From: Girardia tigrina
Lineage: Eukaryota
Reading direction: 5' to 3'
Assembly: GCA_001938485.1 (NCBI GenBank)
Contig: MQRK01243815.1
Location: forward strand, 27,616-78,401
Length of the DNA stretch: 50,786 nucleotides
Of this stretch, positions 1 through 11,320 are shown in pieces. Position 1 is the stretch's first letter; the number at the start of each line of letters is the position of its first letter. The position numbers and the translations under genes are program-made. The notes beneath the pieces are model-generated. The model did not search any database and was not told the origin of the DNA. It saw only the letters and a list, made by a program, of their open reading frames with translations.

Positions 1-151
1 CATAAATCCGAAATATAACTGAATACATTTTTCAATTTGTTTTGTGTTTTCCACTATTTCTACGAAATATTAAAGTGGTTTTAAAACTCTAGTTACTTTA
101 TGATAACCCTGTATATTATGATTCCATATGGCATCAATAGTCAGTAAAGGG
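1..151. mobile_element. End of a piggyBac-like element (partial)
   Basis: Ends AAAGGG-TTAA at 146-155, the piggyBac terminus plus TTAA target. Only one end is visible. Confidence 0.4.
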
Positions 152-267
152 TTAAAAAATAATAATTTTTACCATTCCTCAATAAATCCCAAAATAATAA
201 AAATGTCATCAAATTATTAAAAATGCATTTAATTTAAATTTTACTAAAAATTATTAAACTTAATTTT
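152..267. repeat. Dispersed repeat with an inverted copy at 28806-28924
   Basis: Near-identical to the reverse complement of 28806-28924. Confidence 0.85.
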
Positions 268-622
268 AATTGTTAATTTAAGAAATATAAACTTATCAAT
301 TGATTATTTTAATTATGTTCTAATAGTCAGTCCTTTAAATTTAATAAAAAAAATACCAATTTTCATCGAGGTGGGAGAATCACCATTCTAAATTCTACAT
401 ACTTAAATCAACATACATCATCCATTCAAACAATTTAAAAAATTCCTCACAGTTACAATGTGCTGATCCCCTATTTATTAAAATTTTTCGTTCTCTCAAT
501 AGACCAAACACCTGATGACGTTCTGTTTAAAACGATACAAGTTAAATTTTTATCTTATAACAATATTTTTATTTCAAAACAAATATATCATGAAACTTTA
601 TAATCATTGATCGAATTTTCAG

Positions 623-770
623 GTTTCTAAATAGTACTGACATTCGATCTGAGTCGGATTTTGATTACAAAGATTCTACTTCCAAGAAGATGGAAAATGA
701 ATTATTGAACTACTTACCTGAGGGAAAAGCAAAAGTCATGATTATTTCATGGAATATGGCAGGAATTTCG
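623..770 (+). CDS. INPP5E: INPP5E-like inositol polyphosphate 5-phosphatase, internal exon (upstream exons lie outside the window)
   Basis: Bounded by tttcAG and GTAAGT. Translates FLNSTDIRSESDFDYKDSTSKKMENELLNYLPEGKAKVMIISWNMAGIS, which contains the 5-phosphatase (T/S)WN motif. Phase-0 join to the next exon. Confidence 0.85.
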
Positions 771-832
771 GTAAGTAACACAATTGATTTTATGTGGATT
801 ATTTATTTTTATTCTAATTTTTAATGCGTTGC

Positions 833-3800
833 CATTAATGTACAGATTAAGTGATTTAATCAATAATGCCTCACAAGTAACTCTTTCCCAATAATTTTTA
901 AAATTACTGCACAATATTTTAATATTAGTTGTTTTCACCTCCGATTTACAACCCTTCATATGTCCAGTAATATTAATCCCTTTACCCAATCGTCCATGCT
1001 CCTGAATCCGTGTACAGAGATGACGAGACGTCTCTCCAATGTATGTAGCGTAGCACCCATTACACGAAAATTGATCAACCAGATTGGAACATAAACTCAA
1101 AGGAGTACGAGATTTATTGCTGAACATACTTTGAATTTTGTAAGATTTAGAAAGGATTTATAAATTCAAATTTTTACTATCAATTGATTTTTAAATAGAC
1201 GATTTAAATTTTTTGTAACCTTTTGAATAAGGAACGATTAGCGTATATCCAATATTAGAATTTTCATTAGATAATTTATCGGGTTTTTATTCGTCTTTAC
1301 CATCATGTTCTTTATTCATTAATTTATCTATCATCTCATTAGTTTCTCTAAGAATGATTTCGAATAGCCATTTTTCTGCAATAGTTCTGTTGGTTTATCT
1401 ATGCTTGCATCTGCTTTTTCATATGTTGATGATAGAGACCAACACCTAAATAACAAACCTTTTATCATACTTCTATTGTACTTAGGTTCACAGTAGCTTT
1501 TAGTAGTAGTATATAGCCCTGTATCTGTTTTCTTTCTATAAATCTCTGTCTTGTAAAGACTCCCTTTTCTCTCAATTAACAAATCTAAAAATGGTAAAAC
1601 ACCATTATTCTCAAGCTCAACCGTGAAAACAATATTAGAATGAAGGGAATTCATATAAGATAAAAACGGTAACATATTTTCACTCTCTTTGAAAAAAAAA
1701 TATCATCTTGAAATGCTCTTTGAAAAGAAAAATATCATCAACATATCGTTTATAAGCTAAAGGTCTAACACCCGTAAACAAATGAATTTTATTTTCAATG
1801 TTAAACAGAAAAATGAATGCAAGTGTTGGTGCCAAAGGGGAACCCATGGCAACAACATCTACTTGTTTATACCAATTATCATTAAACAAAAAATGAACAT
1901 TTGATGTTGCAAAAGTAAGTAATTCACGAAAATAAAACTCATCAAGACTATCATGCTCACCACTATTGCATTTCCAGAGATCACAACACAGATCAATTGT
2001 TTCCATCAATGGGACATTGGTGAAAAGACTTGCAATGTCAAAAGAAACCATGAATTCATTTTCATTACCCAAATCAAAGTTTGAAATAAATTCAACAAAT
2101 TCAAAGCTATCCTTACACTGGAACTCAGAGGAAATCAAACATTTTAATTTCGAATCCAAAAATTTTGCAATACAGTATTAAGATGTTTGCATCATATATA
2201 AAACAGGTCTCATTGGAATCCCATCCTTATGTACCTTAGGAAGACCATAAAGTTTAGTAGGCTGGGAACCAGTAGGACATAAAAGTTTTTCTAGCTTCTT
2301 ATCCATGTGACCGTTTTTACAAAGTTTACTCAAAGAGAACGTAGAAATTCATCATCTTTCAATGGTGGAAGTTTCCCATTTTTCGAAAATTATCTGATTT
2401 TTTGAATTGTGGACCTTCTAACACTTCACGAAGCTTATTGAGATAATCCGATTTATCCAAAACAACTAAACCATTACCTTTATCAAATTTACAAATATTA
2501 ATTTTTTTTCGACAGGTTTTTTAAAATAGAAAAATCTCTATGACACTGTTTCTAATTTTTGTTTAAATAATGTGATGTACTCTTAAAAAGCGTGTTTTTA
2601 AAATTATCAAAATCAATATTAATAACTTCATTAAAATTTAAATAATAATTATACATAGATTCAATAGACGATTGGAACTTAAATCTATCTAATTTCTTTC
2701 TAATTCCATGTTTTGGACCAAATTTTAGTAAATCCAATTCATCTTTAGATAAAACAATTTTACTTAAATTTAAAACAGTATTTTCTACATTAAAATTACA
2801 AATTCCAAATAATTTTCAGTTAAATCTACAGGTTTCACTTCAGGATTCATAATATCAACAAATAGAATTTATTAATTATTTACAATCTTTTTAGGATACT
2901 TAAACAAATAATAATCACAAATTTCCCCTCTTTTATAATTCGTTATTCACTTTCTTAATCCATTCAATTCTTCGACGAATTATTTTTCCATCTTTCAAAT
3001 TCTGTAGTTCCAATTGGTGTGGCGATATATGTCTTAAAATTTGGTATGGTCCATCGAATGGGAAAGTGTCATTTCTCAGTTTTGTAGGATCTTGTTTTAC
3101 AAAGACTTTCTTCTGTTTCAATTTTATGGACAACAATATCCGTAAATCCCAGATCGTATTCATGTTTCATGAAAACATCATCATATCGTTTCACAAGGTC
3201 TTCCAGTCTTTTGTTTTGCTCTTGCAGTATCATATATGTCTCCACTGTCACAACTGACTTCTTGGTAGTTTTTTCAAGTTTGACTCCGAATTTATGCATG
3301 ACATTAACACCTCCAATGACTGCCGGTCGGATTGCTTTCACCACTAAAAAATCTACCACATGGCACTCTTCTTTCCATTTCAAATTCACTGTCATTTTTC
3401 CCAAACACTTATGGCCTTCTGAAAACGTTCCATTTAGTATAATTTGGCTCTTTTCTAATCTGGGTTGTCCGATATCCAACCAAACCTTCTCATTTATAAC
3501 TGAAATACCCGCTCCACTATCCCACAACATTAATACATTGTGATTGATCAGCTTAACATCGCTCCACCATCTACCATCTGACCCCTCTACTATCTCTGCA
3601 ATTCGATTTTTTGGATATTTTATGCCGACTCCACAGACGAAATGCTCACCATGGAGTCTCTGGCGTTTAAATCATATTCATATTCATCTTTATATGATAC
3701 GATATCCACGTTGTCTTCATTGTACACATCTTTGATGCATACTACATTAACATTCTTAATATGATTACAGTTTCTGAACCCGTGTCCACTTTTTCCACAG

Positions 3801-5280
3801 ATTAAACAACGATTATTTAAAGGACAATCTTTCCTCAAATGCCCATGTTTTCACAGCAATAACAATCCTCTCTGGTTAAATGCTCCTCTTCTGGAGTTGA
3901 AAGTCTCTTTATTTTGCAATATAACTTCCTTGCTTCGTACCAAGCCGAATGCACTGGGCGATTATATTGTTGTTTATCTTCTGACATTCTACTGGATCCT
4001 TTCTCATTACTTTTATTAAATCTTTCCGATGGTATTCTACGTTCCGTTCTTAATATTGGTTGTCTATCGTTTGATTCATTCAATCGAACTGTATTTCTTT
4101 TATGTTCAGGATTCTCATATCTTCTAACTTGATATTGGTCTTTCTTTGCCATTTCTGAATACGATGTTTTGACGGCTAAAACATCATTTCTTTCTTCTTT
4201 TGATATGTTGTCCTCATAAATCTTAGCTTCCGCTCTCATTTCGTCAACCGATATGTTAGGTTTGAAAACAAATCGATCCTTCAGAACTTGAGATTTTATA
4301 CTCTTTTTCAAAAGTTCATTCAAAATTTCTTCATCGCTGTGTTTCCTAAAATTTTAAATTGATTTCCGAACCCTTAATTCGAATGTTAAAAATCTTTCAT
4401 TCTCACCTTGACAAATTTGACTTAGTTTGTCTAATTCTTCCAACAGCGGTACTTTATTTATAAATGTTTTCTGGAACCAATTTTTGGATTCCACATCTGA
4501 CATTGGTTTCTTACCCTCTTCTGTTGCATTCCCTCAAAGAATTTTCGCTTCGTCTATCAACAAATAGTTACACATTTCCGAGAATGTTAACCCAAAAAAT
4601 TCTGAACATTGGCATATATCTCTATACCATATTTGACCTTCTTCAGAATCCACTCCATTGTACTCATTTATTTTCTTTTCGAGGGTTTCCTTAAAGATTG
4701 ATGGAAGTTCTAGTTTAGGAAGCCTCAAAACTTTTATTGGAACACCAGCGTGGTCGCAAGTTAAATCTCCAGGTTGCACTTCAGGTTTCATAATATCAAC
4801 AAGTAGAATTTATTAATTATTTACAATCTTTGTAGAATACTTAAACAAATAATAATCACAACTTTTTCTTAAATTGTTAAGTTTTTTATTTTGTGCAGTA
4901 ATTTTTTCATTAATTAATTTTTCGGAAATACTATCACAAAGTTCATTACACAATAGAAAGCAATAATCTCTTACATTTCTAAGAGCAGCTTCAACTATTG
5001 TAAATTCATTCATCAGTCGACTTCTGTGTTTCTTTTCTTTCTCGATCATTCTTCTCGGAATTTTTCTGTGAATTCTTCTAATATCCTCTGACAATAAGCA
5101 ATCATGTAATTTTGATTTAAAAATGAATGAACGTATCATTTTTTTTCTTTATTGCACGTTTCAAGAAAATATAAATCCGCTTCTTTTCTTTTAAAAGAAT
5201 TCACGATTTTCATATATCTCTTGAAAGGCTGCATTGCACTAGGATAATTCTTAATAAGAAATTTAAAAAATAATGACAAT
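833..5280 (-). mobile_element. Penelope-like retroelement (RT plus GIY-YIG endonuclease), decayed and interrupted by an LTR element
   Basis: Motifs KLYGLPKVHKDGIPMRPV (about 2200-2255), MVSFDIASLFTNVP, AMGSPLAP, RYVDD, LPFLDLLI, YRKKT and GIY-YIG CNGCYATYIGETSRHL..RI.EH. N-terminal part at 4864-5280. Confidence 0.92.
2818..4863 (-). mobile_element. Internally deleted Ty3/gypsy LTR retrotransposon
   Basis: 105-bp LTRs at 4759-4863 and 2818-2922 (7 mismatches). TSD GAAAA on both sides (minus strand), PPT AAAAGAGGGGAA, PBS-like TGCGACCACG. Encodes gag with two CCHC knuckles, protease LWDSGA, the RT start, and an integrase GPY/F tail (FDGPYQI). Confidence 0.92.
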
Positions 5281-5770
5281 AGTATGTTCAGCAATAAATC
5301 TTGTACTTCTTTGAGTTTATGTTCCAATCTGGTTTATCAATTTTCGTGTAATGGGTGCAACGCTACATACATTGGAGAGACATCTCATCATCTCTGTAAA
5401 CGGATTCAGGAGCATGGACGATTGGGTAATGGGAGTAATATTGCTGGACATATGAAGGGTTGTAAATCGGAGGTGAAAACAACTAATTTTAAAATGTTGG
5501 GCAGTGATTTTTAAAATTATTGGGAAAGAGTTACTTGTGAAGTATTATTGATTAAATCACTTAATCCGTTCATTAATGTCCAAACAAGTCTCTCTTCCAA
5601 TTTGTTGAACATATTTTATTAGTTATTACACAAGATGTTTGCATAATCATCAATTTGTAATATTTAAGACAGCGAAATTGTTGTTAATTCAGTCTGAAGA
5701 TGGTGGAAAATCCAACGAAATATATTGCTACAATAAAATTTGAGTTTAATGGCGTTCTTGATTTAAATTT
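5281..5770 (+). mobile_element. Inverted Penelope pseudo-LTR (copy of the GIY-YIG C-terminus plus 3' UTR)
   Basis: 5281-5578 is near-identical to the reverse complement of 833-1130. It continues to the natural stop and a UTR that holds a hammerhead ribozyme. Confidence 0.88.
5678..5736 (+). ncRNA. Minimal type I hammerhead ribozyme (Penelope-associated, slightly decayed)
   Basis: CTGAAGA-T-GGTGGA-AAA-TCCAAC-GAAA-TATA-TT. Proximal stem I AGT/GCT; distal stem TTGTTGT/ACAATAA. Confidence 0.75.
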
Positions 5771-5969
5771 TATTGTACTTCAAATTTTAAATTTATTAAA
5801 TTTTCTAATTGTTATTTTATTTAATTCATTTTTAAAAGCATATTTATTTGCTTAATTATGCTTAAGTTCGATCAATTTTTCATTTTTTCTCTACCAACCC
5901 AACTAAAAAGCGAGCAATGAAAGCCAAAATGTGTGTATTTCTTAGATATGTCATAGAGGTTATGGACAT

Positions 5970-6965
5970 CAGCTATCTTTTCACGTAGTCTTTATCATTC
6001 TCAACTCACACAGTCTACTGTCTAACTAGGTTAGAGAAGGCCCTTTTGTACCAGTCAGCATAGCTTTTCACTAAGGAATAAGGCTTCCACGTGTATCACT
6101 TCCTCTTTGTCTGTAAAATATTTCCATTTTAGATGCTTCTTCAAGTAGCAAAATAAGAAGAATTTGCTTGGAGCCAAATCCTGATTATAGGGAGGATGAG
6201 AAAGCACGGGCACATCTTTTAGGAGTAAGGACAATTAATGGTAGTATGGCTTTCACCTTTCCTTATGTGCTTCTTCTACAACAAGCACGGAGTATTCAAT
6301 ATTGACTTTGGTGGATTTGTCTGAGAAATAAATATGAGCAACTCCCTTCGAAATTCAAAAATGACCATCATCACCTCTCTCGTTGAGAGAATCCACTCTG
6401 GATTTTGGAGAGCTCACTTCTCTTGAGAGAATTTATTCTTTTGATGATTTACTATCTTATTGGATTTAAAGAGAGAGTGGTGTTTCGTTGTTTGTCACGA
6501 TAGTATCCTTGATACTTCAATATTTCAGCATGAATATTGAAGTTATCTTGACAGCATAGAAATCGCTTATCACATATATCCACATTGAGAAAGTAAGGCA
6601 CGAACACGAGCATAACTTCCTTGCTTTCAGTGAATGGAGCATGCTATCCGTGGTTCCACAGATTTTTAAAGTAATTTTTAAGCTGTTCATTCGTCGCTTT
6701 CCATTCATTTTAAACGATATTCTTCATTTTTTTTGAATTTGCTTCACTAATTTATTTTTGTCTCTCGTTCTTTTCTCTATTGTGCATATTTATTCTGCCG
6801 CACTTTCATTATTTAATCCACTTGTAAGTTTTAGATCGAGATAGAATCTCTTCACTATAGACATCACTTAGTTGCCGCATTATTTTATAAGGTTCGATTT
6901 TCCTTAGAAGCAAAAGCGTAATTTCCATACTCTTCAACGTCAAATTTAATATTAAATTGAATCAT
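5970..6965 (-). mobile_element. Degenerate mariner transposase
   Basis: Remnants QLSDVYSEEILSRSKTYKWIK, ARKLC, IVTNNET and HPPYNQDLAPSKFFLF..LKKHL, with many stops and frameshifts. Confidence 0.8.
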
Positions 6966-7409
6966 CGAGAAATATATCTGACAAAATAGTCAAACGCTAA
7001 AGTAAATGCCACTATTTTTACCTATTTAGATATATTTCTTTTGCATAAAAAATTTAGACATAAATTATTAATTAATCTACCAATCTGACTTTTCGACGTT
7101 AGCATGTGCATTTTAAATCTGGAAAATAAATCAGGATATATAAAGAATAAAAATCAAAATATCATCTAAATAAACTATTGTTTTCTTCCGATGTCGAAGA
7201 AGTCGAAGAAGCCTCTGGTATTCTTAAAGGCATCTGAGTGAAACAAAATTGATCAATTTTAGTGGAGAATTTCTTTACATTTTGAATCAATATTTAAGAG
7301 TTTTAGAGCTTTATTAAACCTTTCCAGTCTAGTCACTTGTTTATCAAAATGTGCATTGATATAGCAAGTATAATTATTATTTTGATTATTTTCAAAATTA
7401 TCAACTCTA

Positions 7410-7985
7410 TCAGTGGTTCTCATCCATTTCTATACGTTTCGTTAATAAGATCTCTCTCTCAGCCACCTGTCTCGTTTCAGAAACTTGTACACACGTAGCC
7501 TTAAATGGCAATCTGATCCTGTATTGTCCATCTAGATATTCGCGATCATTCATTCCTCGATTTACTAAATCATTCCCCTGCGAATCACGGTGTTTCTGGA
7601 ATTCTATTTCCTCAATTTTCCAAAATCTTTTCAAAATGCTGTCATTGTCATAATCATTTATCAAAAATATGTTGAGACATGTTGATGTATCTCTTGCTCG
7701 TCCCGGACTAGTTCCCATATAAGTCCAACCCAACTGCGCCACAGGTTGATCTCTCTGTCCTCGGACTTCCAGAATGCCCTCATATAGTCAAACAAATTCT
7801 GCGCCAATCAACACATCTGCTCAAGCACTGTACCCGATCGGATTGAATGGTATATTTTGTAAGTGTTTCCAACGGTAACGCAGCTTCTTCCAATCACATA
7901 CATGAATCACCATCCGAAATAGTCTTGATCACTAACACACGGAAATCAATATGTACTTTTCTGTCTACACTCTTTAACTCCAGTC
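7410..7985 (-). mobile_element. BEL/Pao LTR retrotransposon fragment (peptidase-RT junction)
   Basis: Motifs PVAQLGWTYMG, LKRFWKIEEI and DGQYRIRLPFK. Confidence 0.75.
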
Positions 7986-7989
7986 GATT

Positions 7990-8355
7990 TGTTGGCGTGA
8001 CAGCGGGCGCGGCGGGGTCGCGGGGTTCTAGGGTTGAGTAGTCGGTGTTTCCGGGACGAGGGGGAACGGAAAAACCAATCTTACCGTCATTCGCCTGCCG
8101 CTCATCAATCTCGTCTCCGCGGAAAAGTATCGCTTGAACTCCATTAAGATCTCAGGTATTCGATTCTACAATGTAACGACGTCGTGCATAAGTGCCTTCA
8201 CCGATACACCAACGTCTTTTCTTGTGGACATCGGTATTTCTCAATCATAATTCGAGATGGGAATTTACGTTTTGTGCTGAACAATAAGTGACCTTGAGTT
8301 TTTCTAATCCACCAAGATACGACTGACTCAACTTTGGAAATTTGTCACACCGACA
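7990..8355. mobile_element. Solo-LTR-like segment
   Basis: GC-rich block bounded by the imperfect inverted termini TGTTGGCGTGACA and TGTCACACCGACA. No clean TSD. Confidence 0.5.
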
Positions 8356-8727
8356 CAATGAGTTGGCAATTGGACCCGGATACAATTCAAAATATTTTCT
8401 TTTCCTTTTGAAATATTAAAGGAATACAATTATTGTCTGAATTGGAATCACAAACGAAATCAACTCCAAGATCCCACAGTTTTGTGTTTAATAATTCATT
8501 CGATACGTTTGACCCATTTTCAAATTCTCCATTACGTGATTTGATTAGAATTTATCGCAAAACAACCAGTATATAATACAATTTTAGAAATATATGGATT
8601 ATACATTTCGTGTAATTAAAATTTAAATGAATAATTTACATTAGTAAAATATCACATTTCTAAAATTACTAAATTCTGTTTTTAATAAAATTATTTACGT
8701 TTTAGAATTTGAAATTCTGTCAAAATA

Positions 8728-9995
8728 AGGACTGAGTGCGAAAAATATTACTAACTTTAAAATCCTCTATCTTCAAAACCATATTTTTGATTAAAAAAAT
8801 ACCGCCCGTTTTGAAAAATGTGTTTAATTCAAAATAATTTTAGTAAGCTAAGAAAGATTATTTATTTTTTTAATAAACTCTGCAAGCTTTTCCGGAATGC
8901 CTGCCATTAGACTTGCAATTGTAGTTTCTGTCACGTTTTTGGCTGCATTATTCCACTTGTTCAGAAAATCTACAATTGTCTGTGCCCTTTTGTTTGTCGT
9001 CTATAATTGCATTTTTACCAGGGCCCAATTTGACGAAGCTCTGGACAATTTGGTGGGTTTGCCTCTCTTTGCACCAAATCGATGTTATTGTCTTCGTACC
9101 ACTTCTTTTCTGCCTTACCATAGTGGCACGTAAGAAAGTAAGACCTCCGTGCTGACTTATGAATGGTAACAAACGCTTTTGCAAGCACTCCTTCGCATAG
9201 ACTTCTGTGTTTATTGTGCCAGATGTGACAAAGCATTTACTCCTTTTTCTTCATCCACATATAGCCTGTCAAACAAGAAATTTTTTGGGAAACTAAGATA
9301 TTTTCTTGCTTCTAACTTTTTCTTCAACTTCTCCTCTCTTAGTTTCAGAGTAAAATTCTTGTCCGAGTTACTGGGTAAACTTGCAGAGCACATAAGTCTC
9401 ATCATCCATAATGCAACATTTTTTCTTCGCAAGAAAACCAGATTTCAACTTTCTGGCTCACTACTGCGCCCTTACGTTCTTGTTAGTGTTCCGGTCCGGT
9501 ACTGTTTGAACTTTCTACGTTTTTAAGCCCACAGACTGTTTAATTTTCCGAACTATTTTCACGCTACAATTTTATTTTACCGCCAGTTTTCGATTTGATA
9601 GACGAGGATTTCTCTCTAACAGAGCCTTTACTTTCTTCACATTCTGTGTACATAAAAAACCCTTTCTTCTTCCCGAACCATTTTTTTTAAAAACGTTCAA
9701 ATTTTTATTGAAGTTTTTAATAACGTTAGAAACTGTTTTCTGATAAACCTTTGCCTTTCTGGTAATTGTTTTCCAACTTGATTGTGGATTTTCTTAAAAT
9801 AAACGAATAATTAATTCACAACTTCCTGTTTCTGACGACATATTCATGAAAAATGAAATTTAAAAATGAATACTAAAATGAATTTTATTTTGATTTATTC
9901 AAACAACAGCCTACTTGATTAGTTTTTTGTAATTTGTGAATTTATGTTGGAGTAATAGAGATTTAAAAATAGAAATATTTTTCGCACTCAGTCCT
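8728..9995 (-). mobile_element. Tc1/mariner ITmD37E-like DNA transposon, decayed
   Basis: 22-bp TIRs AGGACTGAGTGCGAAAAATATT with TA TSD on both sides. Motifs CIMDDETYV, KRLLPFI and NPPNCPELR. Confidence 0.88.
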
Positions 9996-10781
9996 TAGTC
10001 CAAATGTTCAAAACATTTAAAATATCAATCCCATCTGGGTAGTTGAGACACTTACAAAAACAACAAACAAAACACTGCATATAACACACTATTCGAAGAT
10101 ATTCCTTACGCTTATCAACTAATATTTATCTTCTTTCCAATTCTCACTGGATTACAGATGTGCTAATCTTTAGGAGTAGATGACATGGTCTTTTCAATAC
10201 TTATTTAACACCCATCTACTAAAATGGAAAAGTTCAAATGGAAAATATTTCTTTGTCCATCATTGGTTTTATTCATAAAAAAATTATTCACAGAAAAATA
10301 TTTTTTATTTTTGCTAATTATCCATTTTAGAAAGAGCACTATGATTGATGTATGGATGCATATAACGTTATAGAAGAAGTTATTTAAAACATTAAATGAA
10401 CAGTTTTTAAAGGTTTTTGAATCATTGAAAAATAATTTTTATTTTAAGTGATAGATTTGGTTAGGTGATCATTTGTGATCTTTTTTGTTTGATTCTTCAA
10501 TATTGTGTTTATAATCTCATTAGTGTCGTTATAAGCGGTCAAACCGGGGTTATTTATTTACACCCAGCCTTCGGATTGCAATATATTTTATATTCTTATG
10601 AACTCAAAAGACACTTAAACATTAAGTTCCATTAAAGTAAGAGTAAGTCAGTGTTTATCAAAAGCCCCGTTGATATTAAATTGTAAAGTGTAATAATTAT
10701 GTTTTCTTCAAAACAAGCTTGGAGATTTTCATATATTTATTTTTTTAATAAAGCTTTTATTTTTGATTGTATTGTGTTCAG

Positions 10782-10879
10782 AATTGTCCAGAGTTTCTAA
10801 ATGAACTTTTCAAAGTCGATAAAGAAACTGAAACGTGTGATTTGTTTTTGTTATGCTTTCAAGAAACAACTAATAATAA
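10782..10879 (+). CDS. INPP5E: INPP5E-like exon
   Basis: Bounded by ttcAG and GTAAGT. Translates NCPEFLNELFKVDKETETCDLFLLCFQETTNN (D-L-x-x-x-x-x-QE motif). Confidence 0.88.
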
Positions 10880-10959
10880 GTAAGTACATTATACTATCAA
10901 TGATAAAATTCGATTTATATAAATTTTGAGTAATTTTAAAAAAACAAAAGAATACGCCA

Positions 10960-11320
10960 TTTCCAAATATATTTTTTGTGATAATATATTTTGATGGTTT
11001 TACCGTCATCTTCAGATCACTGCTTTTATATGTGAAAAGGGTAATTATGCAATCTATTACTTATAATTAATCGAAAACTCTTAACAAATTGGTTGAGGGT
11101 GCCGTTTGAACATAATTTGTAGGACCATGATTATTAACAAAGCTTCGCACGACAATCTCTCCCATTAATTTTTACAATGCTTGCACAGAATTTTGAAATC
11201 ATTTATACTCAAATCACATTTACAAGTTTACCTATGCTCAGTAATATAACTCTTAACTTCTCTAAAAGCGTGTTCTTAGACTCGTTACTGATTACAATTA
11301 CCGATAAAAAACACCCAAAC
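10960..11320 (-). mobile_element. Penelope 3' fragment of a second, divergent subfamily
   Basis: CKCDLSINDFKILCKHCKN*WERLSCEALLI parallels the GIY-YIG tail of the first Penelope and is followed by a hammerhead. Confidence 0.75.
10978..11020 (-). ncRNA. Degenerate minimal hammerhead ribozyme
   Basis: Minus strand reads GTGAT-CTGAAGA-T-GACGGT-AAA-ACCATC-AAAA-TATA-TT-ATCAC. Stem I is a perfect 5 bp; GAAA is mutated to AAAA. Confidence 0.65.

Noticed and set aside
747-832. C-terminal extension of the GIY-YIG ORF overlapping the host exon in antisense
   Set aside because: Homology to the pseudo-LTR copy ends at about 833. The rest is read-through into host intron and exon.
10030-10260. Possible RTE LINE 3' remnant on the minus strand
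   Set aside because: Too degenerate to support; no clear motif or TSD.
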